Positions 42,191 through 51,410 are shown, counted from the stretch's first letter. The stretch is DNA of 64,000 bases from Minisyncoccota bacterium (GCA_965222715.1 OZ244961.1:462277-526276), one strand, 5' to 3'. The notes: generated by a model not told the origin, from the sequence alone. Numbers and translations are program-made.

Positions 42191-42415
42191 ATGAAAAAGA
42201 AAATCCTTTTTGTCATAACTAAATCAAATTTTGGCGAAGCAATGCTAGCACATTTTAGAAACCCACGGTTTCTAACGCTCACTACGTTCGCTGTTTTCCT
42301 CAACGGGAACCTCCCGGTTCCCGACCCCTCCCCACGCCCCGCCAAAATATATTGTGCTACATTTTCATTATGAAAAAGAAAATCCTTTTTGTCATAACTA
42401 AATCAAATTTTGGCG
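42191..42415 (+). repeat. 46-bp direct repeat (42191-42236 / 42370-42415) around a 133-bp hairpin-rich spacer
   Basis: Exact repeat of the first 46 nt of the downstream gene. Confidence 0.9.
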
Positions 42416-43512
42416 GGGCGCAACGCTATGTGTATGATCTTGCACGTTCACTACCGAGCGAGAAGTACGATGTAGCGGTCGCCTTTGGAGGTAGTGGCAT
42501 CTTACAAGATAAACTTGAGGCGGCAGGAATACGCACACTACCACTTGGACGACTTGGACGAGACGTACACTTTTTTGATGACCTATCTTCTTTTTGGCAA
42601 CTCTATAAACTTTTTAAAGATGAGCACCCTGACGTGGTCCATCTTAACAGCTCAAAAGGTGGAGGAATAGGTGCCTGTGCAGCTCGTATAGCAAGAGTAC
42701 CCTGCATACTCTTTACTGCTCATGGGTGGGCATTTAATGAGAAGAGACCGTGGTGGCAAAAAGGTATTATTGTGCTACTCGCATGGTTCACAGTTATCCT
42801 ATCCCATACAACAATCGCGGTATCGAAAAACATCAAACACCAGATGCGACATCTACCCTTCACACAAAGAAAAATGGTTGTTATCTATAACGGAGTTGAT
42901 GTTGCTGGGGTACTTTCGCAAAAAGAAGCACGTGAAGTACTACGTCATAACAATGAAAAAATACGAAACATACCAGAAGATGCTGTATGGGTAGGAACAG
43001 TCGCTGAACTTCACCCCACTAAAGGTCACCGTTACGCAATTGATGCAATAGAACGGCTTATTTCCTCAGGATATAACGTCTACTTTATTATCATTAGTGA
43101 CGGTGAAGAGCGATACGAACTTAAGAAGTATATTCAAAAACACAATCTCGAAGATCGAGTAATCCTCTTTGGCTTTCTTGACTCGGCGCCACAGTATTTA
43201 AAGGCGCTTGATATCTTTACTCTTACTTCAATATCAGAAGCACTTTCTCTTTCAATACTTGAAGCAGGGCTCTCTGAACGTGCGGTGGTTGCAAGTAATG
43301 TTGGTGGTATTCCTGAAATTATTACCCACAAAGAAAATGGATTTCTTGTACCCAAAAAGAACCCTGCTGCTATTGCGGAGGCGTTGATTCGCTATATTGA
43401 ACACCCTGAAGTGAGGGAGGTATATGGAAAAGCATTACGAGAAAAAGTAGCATCAGTATTTTCTCTTGAGAGAATGGTTGAAGAAACACAAAGACTGTAT
43501 ACAAAAAATTAA
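42370..43512 (+). CDS. Glycosyltransferase family 4
   Basis: TKSNFGGAQ, HLNSSK, TAHGW, SEALSLSILEA, SNVGGIPE. Confidence 0.92.
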   Translation: MKKKILFVITKSNFGGAQRYVYDLARSLPSEKYDVAVAFGGSGILQDKLEAAGIRTLPLGRLGRDVHFFDDLSSFWQLYKLFKDEHPDVVHLNSSKGGGIGACAARIARVPCILFTAHGWAFNEKRPWWQKGIIVLLAWFTVILSHTTIAVSKNIKHQMRHLPFTQRKMVVIYNGVDVAGVLSQKEAREVLRHNNEKIRNIPEDAVWVGTVAELHPTKGHRYAIDAIERLISSGYNVYFIIISDGEERYELKKYIQKHNLEDRVILFGFLDSAPQYLKALDIFTLTSISEALSLSILEAGLSERAVVASNVGGIPEIITHKENGFLVPKKNPAAIAEALIRYIEHPEVREVYGKALREKVASVFSLERMVEETQRLYTKN

Positions 43513-44672
43513 ATACCTACAAACTCTTTGTGTGTATCGTCTTTATGGGTTGCACGAGCGTAACGTCGCATCCCCATGAGCATACCGAGACCAACAAACT
43601 CAGTGATGAGGTGTGAGCCACCGTAACTCATAAACGGTAGCGTCGTTCCAGTTACCGGAAGTAGTCCTATATTCATACCAATATTTATTGCAATGTGACT
43701 TATGAGAAGTATTGCAAACCCAAGACCAAAAAGTATCTCAAAGTTAGTGGCGCCGAGCATTGCGCTTTCAAGGACTCTCCATACCACAATCCCAAAAAGT
43801 ATGAGTACTAGAATGACACCGACAAAACCCCATTCTTCAGCAAAAGCTGCAAAGATAAAATCAGTCTCGTACTCGGGTAAGAACTGTAGTTTTGATTGAG
43901 TACCATATCCAACACCTTTACCTAAAACACCCCCTGAACCAACAGCGATAGTTGATTGATAGGCGTTATACCCCGTTCCCTGTATGTCAGTCAGTGGATT
44001 AAGGAACGTCATAATGCGCGCTTTTTGATAGTCCTCAAATACGTAGGTCCACATACCAAAGAGCGCAACAACACCGATGAGAAACACCAGCAATAGATGT
44101 TTCTTTGATATACCTGATACAAGGACCATACCGAGCCATATAAGAGCAATAATAACTGCTGAACCAAAGTCTGGTTGAAGTAATACAAGCAAAAAGATGA
44201 CAAACGCATACAATCCTGAGACGAAAATGTGGCGTATGTTTGCAATTTCAATATGTCTCCGTGAGAAATATTTTGCGAGTAATAGAATGACTACGAGCTT
44301 AATAGGGTCAGATGGTTGGAGCGCAAATGCACCAAAATCAAACCGACTTTGTGCACCTTTGGTAATATCACCAAAAACAAAGAGTAGTAACAAGGTAAGT
44401 GTCGAGAGAAGAAATAGTGAAACAATGACACTGGTTCTTCGTAAAAATCTAAAATCAACAAAGCTTAAGAGAAAAAAAACACTCACCCCTACTACCGTCC
44501 AGATAAGCTGGTTTTCAAAAAAATAATTAGTCTCACCAACAAACGAATTCATAGTGAGCACCCCAGCACCAACAATAAACAAAACTGATACAAAGAGTAT
44601 CCAATCTATATGAAAGAAAAGGTTTCGAGCTCGATGTGTTGTAGTGTTGTGTTGAAAAAAACTCTGTAGCAT
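43509..44672 (-). CDS. rodA: SEDS peptidoglycan polymerase RodA
   Basis: GAQSRF, LQPS, QPDFG, GYNAYQS.IAVGSGG, LPEYETDFIF, PVTGTTLPFMSYGGS. Confidence 0.93.
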   Translation of the reverse strand: MLQSFFQHNTTTHRARNLFFHIDWILFVSVLFIVGAGVLTMNSFVGETNYFFENQLIWTVVGVSVFFLLSFVDFRFLRRTSVIVSLFLLSTLTLLLLFVFGDITKGAQSRFDFGAFALQPSDPIKLVVILLLAKYFSRRHIEIANIRHIFVSGLYAFVIFLLVLLQPDFGSAVIIALIWLGMVLVSGISKKHLLLVFLIGVVALFGMWTYVFEDYQKARIMTFLNPLTDIQGTGYNAYQSTIAVGSGGVLGKGVGYGTQSKLQFLPEYETDFIFAAFAEEWGFVGVILVLILFGIVVWRVLESAMLGATNFEILFGLGFAILLISHIAINIGMNIGLLPVTGTTLPFMSYGGSHLITEFVGLGMLMGMRRYARATHKDDTHKEFVGI

Positions 44673-44678
44673 AAGGTA

Positions 44679-45440
44679 TTATTCTTCGAATGGCGCTCGA
44701 GGAATAATATCAATACTCGTTACCGTTTCAGTAAAACCTTGTGGCCATGTAAATACAATGTCTTCAGATGATTGTCGTGGCAGTAAACTAATGAATGTCT
44801 CTGAGGAACCAATGGCAATATTTTCTGCATTAAAGAGTGTTGCAACAACGGTGATATCAGAAATATCCGTAAATGAGCTATTAGTAATTGTTGCATCAAT
44901 ACGAGGTGTGGTTCCTGCACCCGTTAACACACGCTCTTCAACAGCGATGCCACTGACTGGACGTCCGACACGTTCCCATTGTGGTTCATCAAGAAATTCA
45001 AAGAATGTTCGAGCGACTCTTCGCTCTCCAGTTTGAATTGCACCTTCAAATACTGGAGTGATTGCATTCGGGACAAGGTATGCTCGCCCTTGTCGCTCTG
45101 CAACCAAAATATTACTTTGATCAAAAAGCTTGAATGTGTACGGAACATCACGAACACCTGCATCAAAATTTGGATTATCAATATACGCAACAGCGTTGTA
45201 TACACCAGGAACTACTTCAAACGAACGTGACCAAAGAATTGCTGGTCGATCAACTTCTGAAGGTGCAAGTAGTGTACAAGGGCCACCACGATCTACTCTC
45301 ACCTCTCCTTGATTTTGTACTCCATCAAAACATGTTGGCGCTTCATACCAGAACAAGAAGCTTGGTATGCCAAGAACAAGAAGTAAGAAGAGGAGCACTC
45401 CTCCACCATAGAGCATTTGTCTTTTTCGAGCCCATGACAT
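44679..45440 (-). CDS. Membrane-anchored extracellular hypothetical protein
   Basis: N-terminal TM, CFDGVQNQGE..VD.GGPC motif, two beta-rich domains. Confidence 0.75.
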   Translation of the reverse strand: MSWARKRQMLYGGGVLLFLLLVLGIPSFLFWYEAPTCFDGVQNQGEVRVDRGGPCTLLAPSEVDRPAILWSRSFEVVPGVYNAVAYIDNPNFDAGVRDVPYTFKLFDQSNILVAERQGRAYLVPNAITPVFEGAIQTGERRVARTFFEFLDEPQWERVGRPVSGIAVEERVLTGAGTTPRIDATITNSSFTDISDITVVATLFNAENIAIGSSETFISLLPRQSSEDIVFTWPQGFTETVTSIDIIPRAPFEE

Positions 45441-45493
45441 TACCTAGTATTGTACCAAAAAAACCGCCTAGAGGCGGCTGTGTGTATCTAAAA

Positions 45494-45539
45494 GAAAAAA
45501 CGGGAAGGGCGGATTTTCTCTCGAATCCAAACCTTCCCG
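45494..45539 (-). terminator. Terminator downstream of 5S
   Basis: CGGGAAGG...CCTTCCCG stem followed by TTTTTTC. Confidence 0.7.
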
Positions 45540-45775
45540 CGGTCGCGTACTTGTTACAATGCCTCGGTTAAACATTGGAGCAGCAGGTGTGGTGCGCTAC
45601 ACACCTCTATATCAGCGTAACTATCCTACACAAGGCGGTCACGTATGTGATTGAGTGGTGATGCGGCTTTATACCACCAACCACAACACCTTCTCGAACA
45701 GTAGTACTGATAGCACAGCCGCTCTTCCGCGCCACTTTTTGGCATTAACACAGGTATGGGCTCCTTCCCACCCTT

Positions 45776-45888
45776 AAAGCTGGCATCGACCTACTTTCCC
45801 CAACATAGAGTATCATCGGCGCAGAAGGGCTTAACTTCCGTGTTCGGAATGAGAACGGGTGTACCCCCTTCGCTTAAATACCAGCTTT
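45776..45888 (-). rRNA. rrf: 5S rRNA
   Basis: CACCCGTTCTCATTCCGAACACGGAAGTTAAG and GAAAGTAGGTCGATGCCAG. Confidence 0.96.
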
Positions 45889-46048
45889 AAAGGTGCGAAA
45901 AAATGTAAGAATATAAGCAGCGTTCAGATTTCCTAATAAGAGACAAACGACGAATTAGTACTCCTTGGCTAAACACATTACTGTGCGTACACCGAGAGCC
46001 TATCACCTAATCATCTCTTAGGGGTCTATGATTTCTTATCTTGAGGTT

Positions 46049-46081
<33 letters not shown>

Positions 46082-46222
46082 GTTCCCGACATAGCTACTC
46101 GGCAGTGCTCCTGGCGGAACAGCCGATACACCAGAGGTCAGTTCATTCCGGTCCTCTCGTACTAGGAACAAATCCTCTCAAAAATCGACGCCTACAGCAG
46201 ATTAAGACCAACCTGTCTCACG

Positions 46223-46559
46223 CATGTTCTCATACATTACTGTATGCATTGGACTGTAGCTTTAACTGACACACCATTACAGTGCACAGATAACTGACGT
46301 TCAGTCTCTACGGGCTGAAAATTAATTTTCATTCCCTCGGTATTGTCCTTTGGAAGAGGATTCTACCGATATTAGTCAGCTTGTTCCCGATGTAATATCG
46401 GGACCGCCGTGATTGGATTGCTTAATTCCCAACCCTTTATTAAAGGGTTGGGATCCCGATTGTTACATCGGGACTTATTTCATAGACGAAAAGAATCGAT
46501 TTGTGTCGTTAGAGTGAGCGCAGACTGTGTAGCATTCCATTCAAAGAATCAAATACTAC
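46223..46559 (-). mobile_element. Group I intron in 23S near E. coli position 2593, no ORF
   Basis: Interrupts GACCGT|CGTGAGAC; ends in G; P7 elements AGAGACTG and AAGCTACAGTCC; guide TCACGGCGGTC at 46402-46412 pairs with both exons with a U-G at the splice site. Confidence 0.92.
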
Positions 46560-46694
46560 ACGGTCTGAACCCAGCTCGCGTACCTTTTTAATTGACGAAC
46601 AGTCAAACCCTTGGGACCTTCTCCAGCCCCAGGATAAGGTGAGCCGACATCGAGGTGCCGAACATTGCCGTCGATATGGACTCTTGGGCAATAC

Positions 46695-46728
<34 letters not shown>

Positions 46729-47210
46729 AATCTCCAGTGCCGTCTAAAGGCAACTGTCGGTTCACTATGCTCCGCTTTCGCGCCTGCTCGAGATGTACCT
46801 CTTGCAGTCAAGCCCTCTTTTGCCATTACACTATCGGCACGGTTTCCATTCGCGCCTAGAGGACCTTAATAGACTCCTCCGTTACTCTTTAGGAGGAGAG
46901 CGCCCCACTCAAACTACCCACCAGATACTGTCTCTCGACGTTTTTTCCGTCGAGGTTAGAGAATGCAAAATAAAAGAGTGGTATTTCACTGACGACTCCA
47001 CTACCCCCAAAAGGGTAGCTTCAAAGTCTCCCACCTATCCTACGCAGTTATTTCACACCCCCAATATCAAGCTGTAGTAAAGCTCCCGGGGTCTTTTCGT
47101 CTAGCTGCAGGTAACCGGCATCTTCACCGGTATTGCATTTTCACCGAGCTCTTCCTCGAGACAGTGCCCCAGTCGTTACACCATTCGTGCACGTCTAAAA
47201 TTACTAGACT

Positions 47211-47257
<47 letters not shown>

Positions 47258-47416
47258 CAGGGCTTACACAGTCCAGCATATCTCTAAAAGAAATATACCC
47301 CCCGTGCTTAACCTTCTGGCATTGGTCAGGCGTCACCCCCTATACATCCTCTTACGAGTTCGCAGGGAGCTGTGTTTTTGGTAAACAGTCGCCAGGGCTC
47401 TTTAGCTGCGGCCTAC

Positions 47417-47511
47417 GCAGCCAATAGAGGATTCGATATTGTACATATCGAACACAACACCTATATTGTCTCAATTATTTTCTTCTCAGTTTGAACTCCT
47501 CTATTGGCTGC
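47417..47511 (-). other. Extended helix 63 / short intervening sequence
   Basis: Perfect 15-bp stem GCAGCCAATAGAGGA/TCCTCTATTGGCTGC enclosing 65 nt. Confidence 0.7.
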
Positions 47512-48088
47512 ACAGGCAGACCTTATTCCGAAGTTACGGTCGCTGTTTTGCCGAGTTCCTTGAGGAAGACTCACTCGTTCGCCTTGGTCTACTCGACCTG
47601 ATCACCTGTGTTGGTTTGCGGTACGGTTTTACGAATACTGAAGCTTAGAGGCTTTTCTTGGAAGCGTGCTCCTCTGAATTTGCTTTGGCGAACCGCCACA
47701 TTTCCGCTCTTCTTGGAGTTAGTGTTGCCCGGACTTCCCTAAGCAACCTCCTCAAAGCACGGACGCAAATCCGATAATGCGCTCAGAGTACAACACTCCG
47801 TCCCCTCGTCGCATATTCGTAAAGTCATGGAATATTGACCATGTGTCCATCGTCTCCCCCCTTCGGGATCGACTTAGGCCCGACTAACCCTTCGCTGATC
47901 TACATCGCGAAGGAAACCTTGATCTTTCGGCGGGCAGGAATCTCACCTGCCTTGCGGTTACTCGTGCCAACATTCTCACTTCCATACGCTCCACCATGGG
48001 TTATCCCTTTGGCTTCATCGCAGAATGGAACGCTCTCCTACCGCTTATGAACTTCATTGAGGACCTAAACGAGCGTTTAGGAAAATCT

Positions 48089-48165
48089 TGGTTGCCGCCG
48101 GGGAGATTCGAACTCCCGACCTCGTCCTCACGAAAGACGCGCTCTACCACTGAGCTACGAACGGC
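48089..48165 (-). tRNA. tRNA-Thr(CGT)-like, atypical
   Basis: GCCGTTCG-TA-GCTCAGTGGTAGAGC, CGTCT-TTCGTGA-GGACG, GGGAG-TTCGAAT-CTCCC, CGGCGGC-AA-CCA. Confidence 0.75.
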
Positions 48166-48185
48166 ATTTTATCCAAGATTGTGTT

Positions 48186-48261
48186 TGGCTGAGGTGGCAG
48201 GGGTCGAACCTGCAACCTCTCGCGTTTTAAGCGAGTGCTCTACCATCTGAGCTTCACCCCA
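48186..48261 (-). tRNA. 76-nt tRNA-like gene with AAA anticodon (nominally Phe), atypical
   Basis: TGGGGTG/CACCTCA acceptor, G73, CCA; CTCGC-TTAAAAC-GCGAG; GCAGG-TTCGACC-CCTGC. Confidence 0.75.
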
Positions 48262-48282
48262 TTCACCAAACAACAAAAAGAA

Positions 48283-48375
48283 CTATGGAAGGCTTGATAC
48301 AATGACCCAAACCAACCACACGATAATCAAGGAAGTTCCCACTCCCCCAATGATAGTATTTCGGTTTAGTGCCAT
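48283..48375 (-). CDS. 30-aa single-TM peptide inside the 23S insertion
   Basis: AGGAGGT at 48381-48387; MALNRNTIIGGVGTSLIIVWLVWVIVSSLP. Confidence 0.7.
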   Translation of the reverse strand: MALNRNTIIGGVGTSLIIVWLVWVIVSSLP

Positions 48376-49096
48376 AGCACACCTCCTATTTTCCTCAATG
48401 AAATTCACAAGCCCCCAGTTTCGGTATCATACTTAGCCCCGATCATTTGCGGCGCGACATCTCTGAATGAGTGAGCTGTTACGCTATCTTTAAAGGATGG
48501 CTGCCTCTAAGCCAACCTCCTCATTGTCTGAGAAATCTCACCTCCTTAAGTGCACTGAGTATGAATTTTGGGACCTTAACTTGGGATCTGGGCTGTTTCC
48601 CTTTTGACCAGTGGAGCTTAGCCCCCACAGTCTAACTGCCGTACTGTAACTGTTGGTATTCGGAGTTTGATAGGAGTGACGAGGTTTCCCCCTATTCACA
48701 CCTTCCAGTGCTCTACCCCCAACAGGATCATACGACGCTAACCCTAAAGCTATTTCGGAGAGAACCAGCTATTACTCGGTTCGATTAGCTTTTCACTGCG
48801 TACCACAGGTCATCCGAATGCGTTGAACGACATTTCGGTTCGGGCCTCCATCTGTGTTTCCACAAACTTCACCCTGCCCATGGTAAGCTCACCGAGCTTC
48901 GGGTCGTATGCACACTACACTTATTTCGCGCTATTCACACTCGGTTTCCCTGTGACTCCACCCGAAAAGGGCTTAGCCTGCAATATACATACACTCGTTG
49001 GCTCATTCTTCAATAGGCACGCGGTCATGGCGCAAGCGCCACTCCCACTGCTTGTAAGCGTGTAGTTTCAGGTCTATTTCACTGTCCTCACCGGAC

Positions 49097-49135
<39 letters not shown>

Positions 49136-49962
49136 ATCTGAAAAAGTATTTAGCCTTACCAGTTAGTGCTGGCAGATTCACTCAAGCTATTCGTGTCTTG
49201 AGCTACTCAAGAACAACAACAAAAGAGTTGTAGAAGTTTTCACATACGGGACTGTTACCCTCTGGGGTGCTTCTTCCCAAAAGCTTCTGTTAACTTTACA
49301 ATTTGTAACTCTTCTTGTTTTAAAAACAAACGTTGTTGCCTTACAACCCCCGATACCACCTCCGTCACCTGACCATACAGATGGCAGAGGTGAAATCAGG
49401 TTTGGGCTACTCCCCGTTCGCTCGCCGCTACTACGGGAATTCCTATTGGTCTCTTTTCCTCCAGGTACTGAGATGTTTCACTTCCCTGGGTGCGCTCCTT
49501 TGCGTCAAGCACAAAGGTAACTACCTAACGTAGTTGGGTTTCCCCATTCGGAAATCTCCGGGTCAAAGGTTGCTAGTCACCTCGCCGAAGCTTATCGCAG
49601 ACATGCCACGCCCTTCATCGCCTTTTTCAGTCTAGGCATCCACCACACGCTCTTCAGATCTCCTATTAGGAAATCTAAAAACCGCTTATAAACTTACATT
49701 TTGTTTATGTCCCATCTTTCTTTTTGTTTAAAGAAAAAGATGGGACTTACCTGCATGAACCTCCTCTCTCCGAAAGTGTTGAAAAGAGGTTCAAGCTATT
49801 ATGACGTTGTCAAAGAGTCGCGTAATTCCCTATGAGCTTTTATATATCACTAGTCATCAAAAAAACCGCCGAGGCGGTTACGAGAGTCGTGAGCACCTGC
49901 TCAAGCTACCGCTTCCGCTGTGATGATTTCTTGAAAGTGTTACTCATAATTACGTGCTTGCT

Positions 49963-49991
49963 AGTATACACAAAGTACTTTTTTGAGTCAA
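49963..49991 (-). promoter_or_regulatory. Sigma70 promoter upstream of 23S
   Basis: TTGACT-17 nt-TATACT with extended TG; same hexamers as the 16S promoter. Confidence 0.8.
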
Positions 49992-50066
49992 TAGAAATGG
50001 GAAACCGCGCGTTTCCGACCTTGATCACGGTGTGTGAATAAGGTGGAAACGCGCGGTGTGGCGGGT

Positions 50067-50273
50067 TTAGGCAGACTCGTCGGGTCTTAGGTCGACAAGG
50101 GAGAAAGCGGGGTAACCATCTTCGTCAAAGGATACGACGAAGACAAGTTGTAGTGCTTCATCCTTGGACACTGAGAAGGATAGAGAGTCTCCAGGTTGGC
50201 AATCTTGACCGATAGCCTTGCTAGAGCCACTTGATTCGTGAAGAATGCATGCGCGTAACATGACGAACCTCAT
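50067..50273 (-). CDS. Small hypothetical protein or remnant
   Basis: 68-aa ORF followed by a 13-bp GC-rich stem 50004-50057. Confidence 0.35.
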   Translation of the reverse strand: MRFVMLRACILHESSGSSKAIGQDCQPGDSLSFSVSKDEALQLVFVVSFDEDGYPAFSLVDLRPDESA

Positions 50274-50420
50274 AGGTTGTTACTTACGGCATAGCGATCT
50301 CCTTTCCTGTCTAATGAACTCCTACAATTTAGGATAACAGTATATACAAAACGAAACAACTCTACCAAGAAGGCAGAGTTGTTTCTTTGAAAAAATGTAA
50401 GAGTTCTTACGTTTGAGTCC

Positions 50421-51107
50421 TTACTTGTCTTTCACTTCGCTTCGCAACTTATCAAGGTATGCTGCTGCTGCTTGTTGTCCACCAAGACCGAATGCGAGTC
50501 CGAATCCAAGTGAAAGCGCAACAATCACACCAGTGAAGAGTGTCTGCACGAATGCAGTAGCAACTCCAAGTTGGTTAAGCGCTGCGAGTACTGCAAACAC
50601 CCAGATAGACCATTTCGCAACACTTCCAAGAAGGTTTGCTGACATCATACCTGCTGCCTTTGCAGCTCCGGCAACAACGTTGCGTGCGACTTCAGCAATA
50701 ACTGCTGCAACAAGGAGAATAAGTACTGCCACAATCACTTGTGGGAGATACAAGAGTACTACCTCTTGCAAGAAGATATTCACCTGGTTGAGTCCAAGCA
50801 CTTCAAGCGCTGCTACCAAGAAGACAATGATAACGAACCACTTCACCAATCCCCCAAGAAAACTTCCTGAGTTGAGGTTAAATCCAGCGCGGTTGAAGGT
50901 GTCTTCAAATCCTGCACTGCGAAGTGCGTTATCTACTTTGAGGGATCCAACAATCTGTGCAACCACGCGTCCGAGCACTGCTCCCACAATCCAACCAATC
51001 ACGAAGATGATCAACGCAACGATTAGACTTGGAACGAATGCAACAACACCAAGCCAGAGATCCTGGAATGACTGTTGAAGTACCTCAGTCCATGTTTGTA
51101 ATAGCAT
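50421..51107 (-). CDS. Conserved TM-helix repeat protein (CmpX/MscS-associated type)
   Basis: Two repeats P.LI.A..I...G..V; GLAFGLGG end. Confidence 0.85.
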   Translation of the reverse strand: MLLQTWTEVLQQSFQDLWLGVVAFVPSLIVALIIFVIGWIVGAVLGRVVAQIVGSLKVDNALRSAGFEDTFNRAGFNLNSGSFLGGLVKWFVIIVFLVAALEVLGLNQVNIFLQEVVLLYLPQVIVAVLILLVAAVIAEVARNVVAGAAKAAGMMSANLLGSVAKWSIWVFAVLAALNQLGVATAFVQTLFTGVIVALSLGFGLAFGLGGQQAAAAYLDKLRSEVKDK

Positions 51108-51410
51108 AATAGTTGTGTAATTCTACTGCCGAATCAGGCAGTAAAGCCTAGGCTTACCACTGAGTATATACTCAGTGAACTACTATTAAGTAATAATCAC
51201 GTGCTCTCTGTGAGCACTTCGACCATATATATTTTCTAGACGTAATGTTCTACGCCTACTATATATAGTACCACCACAGAAGCACAGCTAAACCTACGGT
51301 ACTGTGGACATCGATAGATACGTTACTCTATCTAAACATGCACACAAAAACGGCTTTTCAAAGCCGTTTTGTCTATAGAAAAAATATAAGTGTGTGCGTA
51401 GTGTGTGCTA

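Larger units (their letters stand above)
48043..48412 (-). other. Intervening sequence in 23S helix 45 carrying an ORF and two tRNA-like genes
   Basis: Sits between the conserved helix-45 flanks; 21-bp closing stem 48392-48412 with 48043-48063. Confidence 0.9.

Noticed and set aside
46409-46591. Possible homing endonuclease in the intron
   Set aside because: Antisense to the intron, 60 aa, no LAGLIDADG, GIY-YIG or HNH motif.
50413-51078. 221-aa plus-strand ORF
   Set aside because: Antisense shadow of the TM-repeat gene.
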